Origin: a virus
Taxonomy: Duplodnaviria > Caudoviricetes
Virus record (IMG/VR): IMGVR_UViG_3300048636_000153
Location: 1 to 57,504 of that record
Reading direction: 5' to 3' (one strand)
Length of the DNA stretch: 57,504 nt
Made by a program: the position numbers and the translations under genes. Of the stretch, positions 9,211 to 19,397 are shown piece by piece (position 1 is the first letter of the stretch; each line of letters starts with the position of its first letter). The notes under the pieces are model-generated. The model was not told where the DNA came from and searched no databases. It saw only the letters and a list, made by a program, of their open reading frames with translations.

Positions 9211-9437
9211 GTATCAAAGCGGGTGACGTGTTAATTGTGACAGAGGCGTATCCAATTGCCTATCGTCAGCACCATGGATCGTTTGCTTGTTTGGTTGACC
9301 CAGGCGAGCGCTTGGAAGTTGAGGTTGTTCACAGTGACGGTAGCGTAGCGTGGCGTGCCATTGATACGCCTGTAACTTGCTACAAAGAAATGCTAACACG
9401 CTACCTTCGCAAAGAAGGTGAAAGTGGTGCAGTATGA
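9207..9437 (+). CDS. Hypothetical protein
   Basis: ATGA coupling, GGAG RBS. Confidence 0.55.
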   Translation: MSIKAGDVLIVTEAYPIAYRQHHGSFACLVDPGERLEVEVVHSDGSVAWRAIDTPVTCYKEMLTRYLRKEGESGAV

Positions 9438-10192
9438 GCAACCAGAGACGCGATGCCAAGCGCGACGCAAACGAGAAACCCATTATCGAAGCATTGCGCG
9501 ATAAAGGGCTAACCGTATCACAGATAAATGGTGCAGGTGTACCTGACTTGCTAGTTGGTGGCACAGACGTTCATACGGGCGAATTGCGCTGTTGGGCCAT
9601 TGAGGTCAAAGAAGTTGGCAAGCGCAACCAACTTACCGACGCGCAGGTCACATGGCACGGCGCATGGTTGGGTCAAGTCGCCATTGTGGAGACAGTCGAA
9701 GAAGCCTTGCAGGCGGTAGGCCGTGCGGACATTGAGCAAGCCGACACGCCCGAAGGCACAGACCGCACCGATCCAGCCAGCGACATGTGGCTAGAGATCG
9801 ACAGCACATGGATACACCCACAGCCTGCCATTGCCATCGTGCCCAAGCCTGCCGCTGCTGAGACAGACCCGGTAAAGCTTGGCCTAGTGCCGCCTGCATC
9901 GCCATTCAAGCCATTTGTGCTTAGAGGATCATGGCGCAACGTGAATGCACCTATGGAACGCAAAGCGCCCTATGCCAACATTGCTTACGAGGTTGGCGAC
10001 ATGCTGCGTATCCCCTATGGTCAGCAGCCATATCGCGTTGAAGCTGTCGGTATGGTTGGCACTCGCCATACCGTGACGTGCAACATTGGCACCAGCGCAC
10101 CCAACATGCTGACTGTGTTCACAGACCAATGCGCGCCTGTGAGTAAGCCGGAGTCGGTTACGAAGACAGTCGAATTGAAAGAGGCCAGCTAA
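9434..10192 (+). CDS. VRR-NUC-like PD-(D/E)xK endonuclease (resolvase-like) with C-terminal extension
   Basis: RDANE..I.EALR...GVPDLLVG...AIEVK...LTDAQ..WH...VETVEEAL. Confidence 0.75.
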   Translation: MSNQRRDAKRDANEKPIIEALRDKGLTVSQINGAGVPDLLVGGTDVHTGELRCWAIEVKEVGKRNQLTDAQVTWHGAWLGQVAIVETVEEALQAVGRADIEQADTPEGTDRTDPASDMWLEIDSTWIHPQPAIAIVPKPAAAETDPVKLGLVPPASPFKPFVLRGSWRNVNAPMERKAPYANIAYEVGDMLRIPYGQQPYRVEAVGMVGTRHTVTCNIGTSAPNMLTVFTDQCAPVSKPESVTKTVELKEAS

Positions 10193-10389
10193 TGAGCGCT
10201 GTCGAAAAGTACATGGAAACCGTGAAGGCCGAGAACGACGAACTGCGCCGCAAGCTGCTATCTGCCAACGCGCAGATCGAAGCCAAGGACGCCGCGCTTG
10301 CCACTGCGCGCAATGTGATCGTCAAGCAGCAAATGACCATCGCTGAGCAAAAGGCCATCATTACCAGCATGGTAGGCAAGGCCAGCTAA
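10192..10389 (+). CDS. Small coiled-coil protein flanked by 13-bp direct repeats
   Basis: AGGCCAGCTAATG at 10182 and 10379. Confidence 0.55.
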   Translation: MSAVEKYMETVKAENDELRRKLLSANAQIEAKDAALATARNVIVKQQMTIAEQKAIITSMVGKAS

Positions 10390-11189
10390 TGCATTTGCTA
10401 CCGGGTAAACGCTTCACCACGCTAAACACCATATACCACGCTGACGCGATGGACATGTTAGCCTGCCTGCCTGATGGGAGCGTTGATCTAGTGCTGACTG
10501 ACCCGCCATATGGCGTGACGCAAAACAAGTGGGGCGTTATGCCGGACTTGGAGCTATTCTGGCAGCACATCAAGCGCATTGCTAAGCCGCGTGCTGCTAT
10601 CGTCATTACAGCGTGCCAGCCGTTTACTAGCCTGTTGGTGGTGAGCAACCTGGAGATGTTCAGATATGAGTGGGTGTGGCGTAAGGGCAGGGCGAGCAAC
10701 TTCCTAGACGCCCGTCGTAAGCCAATGAGAATACATGAAAGTGCATTGGTGTTTGGCAGTAGTTTACCTGCGTACTACCCACAGATGACTGCAGGTGATC
10801 CATATACGACCACAACGGGTAGCAAGACAACGAACTATGGCAAGTTCAATAATGTCACCATTGTAAACACGGGTGAACGCTACCCGCTAACTGTGATCGA
10901 ATTTGCAAACGAGACAGGTATGCACCCGACACAAAAGCCAGTCGCCTTGTTTGAGTATCTCATCAAGACTTACACGCAAGAGGGCGACGTTGTGCTTGAT
11001 CCATACATGGGCAGCGGTACAACCGCCGTTGCAGCGATGCGCACAGGTCGTCAATTCGTAGGTAGCGAAATGGATGCAACCTATCACGCATTGGCAACCA
11101 AGCGCCTGCAAGATACTGACCCGTACCAACCAACCGTACTTAAGGATGGCAGCAAGCAGCTTAGCCTATTCGCTGAGCAAGCCAGCTAG
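10389..11189 (+). CDS. DNA N6-adenine/N4-cytosine methyltransferase (beta class)
   Basis: DLVLTDPPYG, HPTQKPVAL, VLDPYMGSGTT; C-terminal QLSLF. Confidence 0.93.
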   Translation: MHLLPGKRFTTLNTIYHADAMDMLACLPDGSVDLVLTDPPYGVTQNKWGVMPDLELFWQHIKRIAKPRAAIVITACQPFTSLLVVSNLEMFRYEWVWRKGRASNFLDARRKPMRIHESALVFGSSLPAYYPQMTAGDPYTTTTGSKTTNYGKFNNVTIVNTGERYPLTVIEFANETGMHPTQKPVALFEYLIKTYTQEGDVVLDPYMGSGTTAVAAMRTGRQFVGSEMDATYHALATKRLQDTDPYQPTVLKDGSKQLSLFAEQAS

Positions 11190-11255
11190 CCTACCGCCTG
11201 CGGGAACAGCCTGCGGTAGAATGTGCGTAAACCATATGCACAGGAGTCGCAGGCA

Positions 11256-11483
11256 ATGAGTGAACAAGATAGCAAGAAGGAATTACCGGACATGTTGACC
11301 ACACAGCAAGCAGCAGAATATCTCGGATACAAAACCACGAATTGGGTTACATCCCTTATTCGCCAGGGTAGGCTTAAGGCTGAGAAATTCGGGAATGTGT
11401 GGATGATCAACAAACGCGATCTAGACGACATCAAGGATGTTCGCCAGGGTAGACCGCCAAAGGATGATATAAGCAAAAACTAA
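11256..11483 (+). CDS. Excisionase-like HTH DNA-binding protein
   Basis: LTTQQAAEYLG....VTSLIRQGRLKAEKFGNVWMI. Confidence 0.8.
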   Translation: MSEQDSKKELPDMLTTQQAAEYLGYKTTNWVTSLIRQGRLKAEKFGNVWMINKRDLDDIKDVRQGRPPKDDISKN

Positions 11484-12050
11484 TTGTTTGGACGGTTCTA
11501 TTTATGCTATACTGAAAGCATCGTAGGTATAGATGTGAGTAAGCAGATGTGTCACAAAGAGGGACCACGACCATGTAGAGTTTGTGGTCATGTTTATAAG
11601 CCAGCTAAGCACTTCTTTCGGGAGTGCAGTCCCAAAACAAGTCGGGACTTCTTAACAACTGAATGCAACTTCTGTCAGCAAAGGCGCCTTAAAAAACAAT
11701 TGGCAAAGCGCGCCAATGAGAAGCGCTATGTCTATGCATTGGTTGATCCATCCGAACAGAAGGTGGCATACATCGGTCAAACGAAGTCACCAAAAACACG
11801 GATGTATGCCCACACCAAGATGGGTAATCATTTCGCAGGCATCGACAGAAAGTACGCAAGCAAATTGTTTATGTGGCTATCGGATATGGTTATAAAGGGC
11901 GTAAAACCTGAGATGGTCATAGTCGAAATCACAACGCTAGAGAAGGTGGCAGAACGCGAAATGTGGTGGCTAAGCAAGTTTGAGGAACTAGGTATTGAGC
12001 TTGTAAATGGTGACCACGCAGAGCGCACGTACATAGGCAAGTCGGCCTAA
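11484..12050 (+). CDS. Zn-ribbon plus GIY-YIG nuclease (true start probably downstream, about 11535-11547)
   Basis: CxxC pairs, then YVYALVDP...AYIGQT...R...H...ERE..W...LVN. Confidence 0.75.
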   Translation: MFGRFYLCYTESIVGIDVSKQMCHKEGPRPCRVCGHVYKPAKHFFRECSPKTSRDFLTTECNFCQQRRLKKQLAKRANEKRYVYALVDPSEQKVAYIGQTKSPKTRMYAHTKMGNHFAGIDRKYASKLFMWLSDMVIKGVKPEMVIVEITTLEKVAEREMWWLSKFEELGIELVNGDHAERTYIGKSA

Positions 12051-12087
12051 CATACTGTTGTCGTCGAATAGTAACAAGGTAAACGCG

Positions 12088-12399
12088 ATGATAAAGAAAA
12101 ATTTGCCTAGCCCTGCGGAGATCGTTAGCGCAGTTCAAGATGGCATCGATCTAACAGACTTGAGTGACCTCATTCATAAAAATGCAAAGGCGCTAGCTGG
12201 TGGTCAAGACGTTACGTTTACAGCAAATAACTTGGCTGATGCGTACGCGATGGCACGCGCTTTGGCTGAGCATAATTATGATCGCATCGAAGTCTACTAT
12301 AAGCCGGGTGACTATAAAGATCGCAGCGTTATACAAGTGTCGTTTGGCATAAGTCTTGCTGATATAACCCAGGGGCTAACGGTACACAAGGACAGCTAA
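12088..12399 (+). CDS. Hypothetical protein
   Basis: AAGG RBS before ATG 12088. Confidence 0.5.
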   Translation: MIKKNLPSPAEIVSAVQDGIDLTDLSDLIHKNAKALAGGQDVTFTANNLADAYAMARALAEHNYDRIEVYYKPGDYKDRSVIQVSFGISLADITQGLTVHKDS

Positions 12400-12401
12400 C
12401 C

Positions 12402-12716
12402 ATGACCCGCACATCGCACGCTATCGTATTCCCGCCGCCCGACATGCGCATCAAGCCTGCCTTCGCAAAAGGCGACAGCGTGCTTGTGTACTGGCGCGTG
12501 GAGATAGAGCCGGAGGTCGTGGCCTATGGCAGCGCAAGGCGCATTCGTAGCCGGTACAAGTTCGGCTACATGCCTGCGACGGTCAAGGCGGTCGAATGGT
12601 ACGCGCATGGTGGCAGGTGGTTTGTGCGCGTCAACGAGTATGGCGGTGCTTGCTTTGATGCATCGCCACATTGCAAGAATGTGATCGAAGCGGCTGCGAG
12701 TGACGTGGCTGCGTAG
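12402..12716 (+). CDS. Hypothetical protein
   Basis: Operon-spaced ORF. Confidence 0.55.
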   Translation: MTRTSHAIVFPPPDMRIKPAFAKGDSVLVYWRVEIEPEVVAYGSARRIRSRYKFGYMPATVKAVEWYAHGGRWFVRVNEYGGACFDASPHCKNVIEAAASDVAA

Positions 12717-12721
12717 GAGGA

Positions 12722-12994
12722 ATGATGATAAAGGGCTTCATGCAATTAAAGGACGTAGAGCCGGGCGAGATCGTGCGGTTGAAATCCGGTACATATGCGC
12801 TTATTACCGAATATGTCACCGGCACCGACGCTGTGCTTGATAGTCACTACAATGCATATATCAGCGGTACTGGCGAAGTGCTTAGTGTTCTGCGTGATGA
12901 GTGGGTCGCTGTGATCGACATGGAGGCTTTAGAATTTAACGTCATGGATAGTACGGGTGGTCTAGAGTATCCAACGACCAAGCAAGACAGTTAG
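12722..12994 (+). CDS. Hypothetical protein
   Basis: AGGAGG RBS. Confidence 0.6.
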   Translation: MMIKGFMQLKDVEPGEIVRLKSGTYALITEYVTGTDAVLDSHYNAYISGTGEVLSVLRDEWVAVIDMEALEFNVMDSTGGLEYPTTKQDS

Positions 12995-13042
12995 GAATTG
13001 GTTGCAAAATTCTATGGAACACGGTAATGTTGACGGTACATT

Positions 13043-13172
13043 AAAAGCAAAAACGCCTGTAGCACCAGGCGCGTTTTGCAAGTGTATCGTCAAAAGCCCT
13101 GCGGGATCAGAGGTGGGGCTTTGTGTTCTTACATCACGCCATGAGCATACCGCATGACGCTAACCGTGTCAA
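13043..13172 (-). ncRNA. Candidate antisense RNA (about 95 nt) with promoter and terminator, upstream of the replication genes
   Basis: Minus strand TTGACA(13172-13167)-17 nt-TATGCT(13149-13144); hairpin CGCCTG/CAGGCG (13054-13071) followed by TTTTTGCTTTT. Confidence 0.5.
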
Positions 13173-13205
13173 GCGGCATACTCAATTATCTAACGGAGAC
13201 TTAAC

Positions 13206-13508
13206 ATGAAGGAAGCAAAAACAGAGTTGGTTATGCGTTACTGCATGTCTGCGTCAGCGGAGATAGCAGATCTTTGCGACAATGCGAAGCTTCACCCACA
13301 GCGCTATGACGCAATGGCCATTATCGATATGTGCCATGATATGGCGCGAGTGATTTACAACGCAGCCAGCGACTACTACGACGAAAAACAGACAGATGAT
13401 GTCAGCAGAAACGTAAAGCAATGGTTTGCAGATGGCAAGCGTAAATCATCTGCCATATTCGACAAGGCGCATGAAGCCATCATGAATGATGCGGATGGTG
13501 ATGCATGA
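13206..13508 (+). CDS. Hypothetical protein
   Basis: GGAG RBS; coupled to the replication initiator. Confidence 0.6.
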   Translation: MKEAKTELVMRYCMSASAEIADLCDNAKLHPQRYDAMAIIDMCHDMARVIYNAASDYYDEKQTDDVSRNVKQWFADGKRKSSAIFDKAHEAIMNDADGDA

Positions 13509-14674
13509 GCGACAACGAAGCATTACTATCATTGTTGGATGAAGACAACCGAGTCATCAAATATCGCCCACGTTTTGCCGAGATGCTAGGCAGTGTCACA
13601 GCCGGGATTCTTTTGCAGCAGATTATTTACTGGTCTGGCAAGCAAAAGCACAAGCCATTTTATAAGTACCGCGATGTGTGCAGTGCCAAGGATTACAAGC
13701 CGGGTGAAAGCTGGATCGAAGAACTTGCTTTTAGACCACGCGAATTTGACAACGCGCTCAAGGTTATTGGTACGAAGGTCAAAAAAGGTGACGAGAAAAA
13801 ACCACTACTTGACTATACAGACTTCCCAACGCGTAACGAAGGCGAGTCAGATAAGGACTATTTAGCGCGAGTCGACGACGCATTGAGTCATCTTGTAATC
13901 TATTGGACTGACAGCAACCGTAAGACGTACTACTTACTAAATAGGGAATTACTAGGTAATTGCGTCAGGCGTAATTACCTAGACGATTCCGTCTCGCGTA
14001 AAAACCTACAAATTACGGTGAACGCAAGTACCTTAAAAATACGCAAACCGAAAACGTCTATAAACAGTAGACTACCAGAGACTACCAGAGATAAAGAACA
14101 ACAAAAAAGTAAAACGGCTGAACTGAGAGTCATAGAAAAGAATGCACCTGACGGTGCAGTGCGTCATGAAGGTGACACATCACTTGAAGCAACTAATGAC
14201 GCATTGCCTTATGGCGATGGTCATGGTCAACAAAACGAATGGCTGAATGATGAGACAGGTAATGCGGTTAATGTCGCAGATCCTACCCAAGAAGAAGTAC
14301 AGCAGGATATAGACAAGGCCAATAAAGCTGCACTTCGTGGCGAAGTCTTTACCGTAGTGGCACGCGACTTCTTCGGACTACCTGACACATCGAAGTTAGA
14401 CAAAGGCACAAAAGGGCGTATTGGCAAGGTTGTGTCTAAATTGATGGAGCTTGATCCGGTCATTAGTGTCGATGAACTCGCACAGTTCAAAGCCTATTAT
14501 CAGCATACCTATAAAAACGCCGCTATGCCGCTGAGTGCCGACAAGGTTATGACGCACATTCAGAAGTTCCGGCATGAGACAGCGCAGCGCAAGCAAGCCG
14601 CAGCGACACAGCGCAAGCAACAGCAAGACGATATGCCACCGACCATTGAAGAACTGATGGGGCAGGCGGGCTGA
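13505..14674 (+). CDS. Putative replication initiator / replisome organiser
   Basis: N-terminal YRP.FA..LGSVTAGILLQQIIYW resembles phage O-like initiators; directly upstream of the primase and helicase. Confidence 0.6.
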   Translation: MSDNEALLSLLDEDNRVIKYRPRFAEMLGSVTAGILLQQIIYWSGKQKHKPFYKYRDVCSAKDYKPGESWIEELAFRPREFDNALKVIGTKVKKGDEKKPLLDYTDFPTRNEGESDKDYLARVDDALSHLVIYWTDSNRKTYYLLNRELLGNCVRRNYLDDSVSRKNLQITVNASTLKIRKPKTSINSRLPETTRDKEQQKSKTAELRVIEKNAPDGAVRHEGDTSLEATNDALPYGDGHGQQNEWLNDETGNAVNVADPTQEEVQQDIDKANKAALRGEVFTVVARDFFGLPDTSKLDKGTKGRIGKVVSKLMELDPVISVDELAQFKAYYQHTYKNAAMPLSADKVMTHIQKFRHETAQRKQAAATQRKQQQDDMPPTIEELMGQAG

Positions 14675-15621
14675 TGTTAACTGACTTTTTACAAGCACTC
14701 TACGGCAATGCGCCGGGTGGCTATCTGGAAGTGCGCCTGATGCACGAACATAGCAATGCCATCGAAAAGAAATGGCGCGCCATGCCACTGGCTGAAATTA
14801 AGCAGGCGGGTATTGATAAGCTGTTAGCTGCCAATGAGCAGGGATGGCACGTTTACTTTCGTGTCGCACTGAGCAGTCAGAAGCGCAGTCGCAAGGCTGA
14901 CATCTCGCATATCACGGCGCTGTGGTTTGATGTGGATGCAGAGGATAGCACCGACTTCTTAGACAAGTCAGGCTTTGAGCCACACGTCCTGGTACGCTCC
15001 GGCAGTGGCTATCACGGTTACTTCCTGCTAGATGCACCGCTGGCTGTGCAAGATAACCTGCCTGCTATTGAGCGCACACTTGCAGGTATCGCAGCCTGCT
15101 ATGGTGGTGATGGCAAGGTCAAAGACGTGACGCGCATTTTAAGACTACCCGGTTTCTACAACGTCAAAGAGAAGTATGGCGATAGCAAGCCATTGTGTGA
15201 AGTGGTCTATATCGATACTGAGCCAACTAGTACAGGCATGTGCTTCCCGCCGTACCGCTTCGATGAACTGTATACAGAGTTCGCACACTACGCACAACCG
15301 GCACAGCCACACATCAAACGTGAGCTACCGAGCGTGCAATACGATGGTCAGATCGATGCCTATGTAAAAACCTATTTAGAGACAAGCATAGGGCAAGGGG
15401 AGCGCAATAGCTGGCTGTTCAACACAGCGATGCATTGCAAAGGCCTGGGTATGTCGCAGACGGAGGCTGAGACGACCTTGCTTACCAAAGCCATGAGCGA
15501 CGGCCTGACACAGACAGAGGCAGGTAAGACTATCGCCAGCGCCTACAACCGCAGCGTTGCACCTATTAGCAATAGATACCGTCGCCTGCAAAGCGTGATG
15601 GCAATGGAGGATTCAGCATGA
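14674..15621 (+). CDS. RepB-type primase (AEP-like) with PriCT-like C-terminus
   Basis: ALWFDVD, VRSGSGYHGYF, DVTRILRLPGFYNVK, GERNSWLF...TIASAY. Confidence 0.85.
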   Translation: MLTDFLQALYGNAPGGYLEVRLMHEHSNAIEKKWRAMPLAEIKQAGIDKLLAANEQGWHVYFRVALSSQKRSRKADISHITALWFDVDAEDSTDFLDKSGFEPHVLVRSGSGYHGYFLLDAPLAVQDNLPAIERTLAGIAACYGGDGKVKDVTRILRLPGFYNVKEKYGDSKPLCEVVYIDTEPTSTGMCFPPYRFDELYTEFAHYAQPAQPHIKRELPSVQYDGQIDAYVKTYLETSIGQGERNSWLFNTAMHCKGLGMSQTEAETTLLTKAMSDGLTQTEAGKTIASAYNRSVAPISNRYRRLQSVMAMEDSA

Positions 15622-17132
15622 CAGTACCCAATAGCAGCACGCCGCGCACGCCATTTAGCGAAGACAAATGGGAGAGCTTAGCGCAGGTGGTCCTGCCTGT
15701 GATCGTGGCAGAGGAAGATAAAACAGGCAAGCAAACGCACTATTACACAGGGCTATCAAGGGGCTTGCAAGCGCGCCACTTTCCACGTGGGCCATTGCGT
15801 GACATTTATGCAGCGGTGGTTGCATTGCGAACAGACAAAAAACCTGTGCATTTTACAACCCTGCTTAATGTCTTGGGCAATGATGCTTATACAGGCGACG
15901 TGCAAATGATGTTTGCTGGCTACGACCCGGCAAAGTCCAAGCTGGGCGGCAAGGTTTTTGAAGCGAACCTGGAAGAACTAAAACACATGGGCGACATGCG
16001 GATGCAGATGTACGCCTATGAGAATGCAGCACGACGCACGGCAGCCGGAGAAGATGCGGCAGAGATTACGTCAGAGGCAATGGCAACTATCGCAGGTAGC
16101 ACCGCCCACACGCTGGAAGGTGAGACGGCAGAGGAATTATCGGGCAACTTAACCGCACATCTGGAAAGCCCACCACCGCCCATGATGCTCACAGATGTCG
16201 ATGTGCTGGATCGGTGGAACGACGGTGTGACAGCGGGTGAGTTCATGAGTATTGTTGCCCCTATGAAGATGCGTAAGACAACGCTGCTACTCAATATGCT
16301 GTTAGGGCTATCGCATCGTGACATTAGTTGCGCGCTGTTCATGTTTGAGAGCAACCGAGAAGCCATTACCACGCAACTAACCCTGATGCTTGGCGTGCGC
16401 TGGCTGCATGAGCAAGGTCTGTATGACAAGTGGTGCGATGATAACCCGCGCATAAAGACACACCATGTCAGCGTGAAGCGCTTGCTTCAGATGGGCAGCA
16501 ACTATAGAAACCTGCCTGCTATCCAAAAAGAGATGATCGATGTAGGCAAACAGCAGCTTCATGGCTTTGGTAGTCGCTTGCGTATCTATGATAAGACGCG
16601 CAAAGGCGGGGCGCTGGTATCAGCACATGATTACCACCGCGTGCTGCTGTATGACATGAACCGCTATGGCACGCAGTTTGTAGGCATTGACCACTTGCAG
16701 CGGATGGGCGAAGGCACCGACTACGAGATCATGAACGTGAACGTGCCGCGCATTGAGAATGTGTGTCGTACAGAGAAGATAGCAACCTGCTTATTGTCAC
16801 AGGTCAAGACAGGCGACAGTGACAGCAGTGACAGCAAGCGCCACGATAGTGGTGCGACAGGTGGTAACAAATTAGATAGCGCAGTCGATACCATGTTGTA
16901 TGTGCGCTACAAGCAAAAGAAGCAAGCTGATTCAAACGAGCGCTATCCTGACTACATGATGACAGTCGGTGTGCAGCACAACCGTTATGGCGCAAGCAAC
17001 CGGGGCGCACAGGTCAAGATCGATCCCTGGTCAGGTGTGATGTTGAATGGTGGTAAGGCAATTGAATGGGGAGACTTGAATGATGATGTAGAGGATATGC
17101 CACAGGGTGAAATTAATATGGACTTGCTATAA
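15618..17132 (+). CDS. DnaB-like replicative helicase
   Basis: Walker A-like APMKMRKTT, FMFES, Walker B GIDHLQ, LLSQ, HNRYG. Confidence 0.75.
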   Translation: MTVPNSSTPRTPFSEDKWESLAQVVLPVIVAEEDKTGKQTHYYTGLSRGLQARHFPRGPLRDIYAAVVALRTDKKPVHFTTLLNVLGNDAYTGDVQMMFAGYDPAKSKLGGKVFEANLEELKHMGDMRMQMYAYENAARRTAAGEDAAEITSEAMATIAGSTAHTLEGETAEELSGNLTAHLESPPPPMMLTDVDVLDRWNDGVTAGEFMSIVAPMKMRKTTLLLNMLLGLSHRDISCALFMFESNREAITTQLTLMLGVRWLHEQGLYDKWCDDNPRIKTHHVSVKRLLQMGSNYRNLPAIQKEMIDVGKQQLHGFGSRLRIYDKTRKGGALVSAHDYHRVLLYDMNRYGTQFVGIDHLQRMGEGTDYEIMNVNVPRIENVCRTEKIATCLLSQVKTGDSDSSDSKRHDSGATGGNKLDSAVDTMLYVRYKQKKQADSNERYPDYMMTVGVQHNRYGASNRGAQVKIDPWSGVMLNGGKAIEWGDLNDDVEDMPQGEINMDLL

Positions 17133-17203
17133 GCACAAAACGACCCGAAGGCCGTCTGTGCGCTAATGTTCCCAGGGCAGGGACAACATGAGCAAAGGAG
17201 AGT

Positions 17204-17419
17204 ATGAACGATATGCAAAGACAAGTCAAGCAGTTTGGTCCACAAGATGAGGATATGGCGCAAGTCGTGCGTAACGTGTGCTGGCTTACCAAGCAGCTAA
17301 CAGGCAAGCAGGCATTCGCAGATCAGACAGAGGCCACACTAGGCGCCATCCACAATGTGATCGAAGCGTGGATGCAGCGCAATGGCACATCTCCCGCAGG
17401 CGGGAAGGCTGACACGTAG
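17204..17419 (+). CDS. Hypothetical protein
   Basis: AAGGAG RBS. Confidence 0.5.
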   Translation: MNDMQRQVKQFGPQDEDMAQVVRNVCWLTKQLTGKQAFADQTEATLGAIHNVIEAWMQRNGTSPAGGKADT

Positions 17420-17532
17420 GCGCGCTTGCTGCGTGTTTGTGAACCGTTAGAAGCTGGCATTAAGTTGATCTTCTAACATAGTTTAGACGTAAAGCATGGT
17501 ATAATTTAGCTATATTAATGAGGTGAATTGAC

Positions 17533-18138
17533 ATGGCAAAGTTCAACCCAAAAGACCACATGACCAACCTAAAAGGCAAAGAATACTTAGAGGTGAAGTG
17601 GCGCTTGGTCTGGTTACGTGAAGACAAACCCGCCGCTTGCATTGACACGGAACTGACGCACATCACCGATAGCGTCATTATCATGCGTGCGCGTATCAGC
17701 GTAGGTGGTCAGGTTATTGCTACGGGCTACGGCACGGCACCGCTAGCAGGTCAGGGGTCATGGCGCGGTCGTGAAGTTGAGAAGGCAGAGACAGCCGCTA
17801 TCGGGCGCGCACTAGCACATGCAGGCTACGGCACACAGTTCACAGGTGAAGACGAAGAAGACTATCTTGCTGATAGCTCGGTGCAGCGCAAGCCAAAACA
17901 GAACAATGACAAGCTACAGCGCCAACCTGATGACCTGATTGGCAAGGGCGCATGGTGGACGCGGATGCAGAACGATCGTGAAGTCACTGACCTATACAGC
18001 CACGAGAGCCACCTTATCAACGCCATTAAGAAGGTGGCGACGGACGATGGCATTGATATGGACACGGTGCCATACAGCAAGATCAAACGCATTCTTATCG
18101 ACCGCAAAGCGCTGCAAACGGGTGAGGTGGCAAGCTAA
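17533..18138 (+). CDS. Putative single-strand annealing (Rad52/Sak-like) recombination protein
   Basis: KGKEYLEVKWR...IATGYG...EKAETAAIGRALA.AGYG; next to ssb; extended -10 TGGTATAAT upstream. Confidence 0.55.
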   Translation: MAKFNPKDHMTNLKGKEYLEVKWRLVWLREDKPAACIDTELTHITDSVIIMRARISVGGQVIATGYGTAPLAGQGSWRGREVEKAETAAIGRALAHAGYGTQFTGEDEEDYLADSSVQRKPKQNNDKLQRQPDDLIGKGAWWTRMQNDREVTDLYSHESHLINAIKKVATDDGIDMDTVPYSKIKRILIDRKALQTGEVAS

Positions 18139-18932
18139 TGGCTGGTTACGAGCTAAAAGGCCGCAGTGGCGTGTATAGAGTTTTCTGTGTTGCGAATGGG
18201 CGTCATTACGTTGGTAGCACTAAAAACCTACTGAGGCGGTATCAGGACCACTTCGGCGCACTAAACAGCGGTACTCATCGCGTTGAAGACATGCAAGTTG
18301 ATTATGATTTCTACAGCGAAAGCGCCTTTCAGTTTTCAGTGTATGAATATTGTTCACAAAAGTACCTGCTGAGCCGTGAACAATATTACCTAGATACAGA
18401 CTTTGGTTTTTATAACACGTATACAACGGCTGGAAGTCCACTGGGGCATAAGCCAAGTGAGGAGACACTTAGGGCGATACGCCTAGGCCGTAAGAAATTC
18501 AAGAAACCAGTGGTCGCCATACTGCCTGAGACTGGTGAAGTTGTGGGAGAATTTGACTCGATTACGAGTGCCTCGAAGTCATTGGGCGTACATACCGGAA
18601 CTATATCCAGATTATGTAGGCAAAAGTCTGGATGGGCAAAGTTATATACATTTAGATACCTATCAGAGTGGAACCCCACTGAATTTGAAACATTCAGACG
18701 CATTACACCATCAGAATCAAGCGGTAGGGCCAAGGCGAAAAGCGTAGCACAATTTCTAAGGTTGCCTAAAGGTGGATTGATGGAATTAGCGACCTATCCA
18801 TCAATAGCATCTGCTGAGAAAACAACGGGTGTTCACAATGCGCATATTACCAAGGTATGCAAGGGTGATCGAAAAAGTGCAGGTGGTTATGTATGGCAGT
18901 TCTTAGATACCAATGAGGAGAATGCCGCATGA
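18138..18932 (+). CDS. GIY-YIG homing endonuclease with NUMOD1-like repeats
   Basis: SGVYRV....HYVGST.NL..R...H, REQYYLD; two repeats FDSITSASKSLGV and YPSIASAEKTTGV...SAGGYVW. Confidence 0.85.
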   Translation: MAGYELKGRSGVYRVFCVANGRHYVGSTKNLLRRYQDHFGALNSGTHRVEDMQVDYDFYSESAFQFSVYEYCSQKYLLSREQYYLDTDFGFYNTYTTAGSPLGHKPSEETLRAIRLGRKKFKKPVVAILPETGEVVGEFDSITSASKSLGVHTGTISRLCRQKSGWAKLYTFRYLSEWNPTEFETFRRITPSESSGRAKAKSVAQFLRLPKGGLMELATYPSIASAEKTTGVHNAHITKVCKGDRKSAGGYVWQFLDTNEENAA

Positions 18933-19339
18933 GTGGATGGCAGCAAGCAATTGTAGTCGGTAATGTCGGGCGCGATGCAGAGATGCGTTATACGCAAGGT
19001 GGGCAAGCAGTTGCTAGCTTTAGCGTGGCTTGCACTGAGAAGTGGAACGACCGCGAAAGTGGTGAGCGTCGGGAGAAAACAACTTGGTTTAACGTTTCGT
19101 GTTGGGGTGGACTGGCTGATGTGGCAAGTCAGTACATTGAAAAAGGCATGTCTGTCATGGTAGTTGGTACAGTCACGGCACGCGCATGGAAAAACCAAGC
19201 GGGTGAGCCACAGGCTAGCTTAGACATGCGTGCCACGTCGCTGCAATTACTAGGTGCGAACTTTGAGTATGGCGACGAATACCAAGGCGAACAGGAACAG
19301 CAGCCGCAGCCAACCAAGACAGACGATATTCCGTTCTAG
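18929..19339 (+). CDS. ssb: Single-stranded DNA-binding protein
   Basis: VGNVGRDAEMRYT, TTWFNVSCW, C-terminal DDIPF. Confidence 0.95.
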   Translation: MSGWQQAIVVGNVGRDAEMRYTQGGQAVASFSVACTEKWNDRESGERREKTTWFNVSCWGGLADVASQYIEKGMSVMVVGTVTARAWKNQAGEPQASLDMRATSLQLLGANFEYGDEYQGEQEQQPQPTKTDDIPF

Positions 19340-19397
19340 CAAGCTAAGCAAGCATATCCCAGCCGGCGTGTGCTGGCGGGGGAGGGAGTAAGCGAAG

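Noticed and set aside
11256-11483. Excisionase implying an integration module
   Set aside because: No integrase or att site is recognisable nearby, and this HTH family is common as a general regulator.
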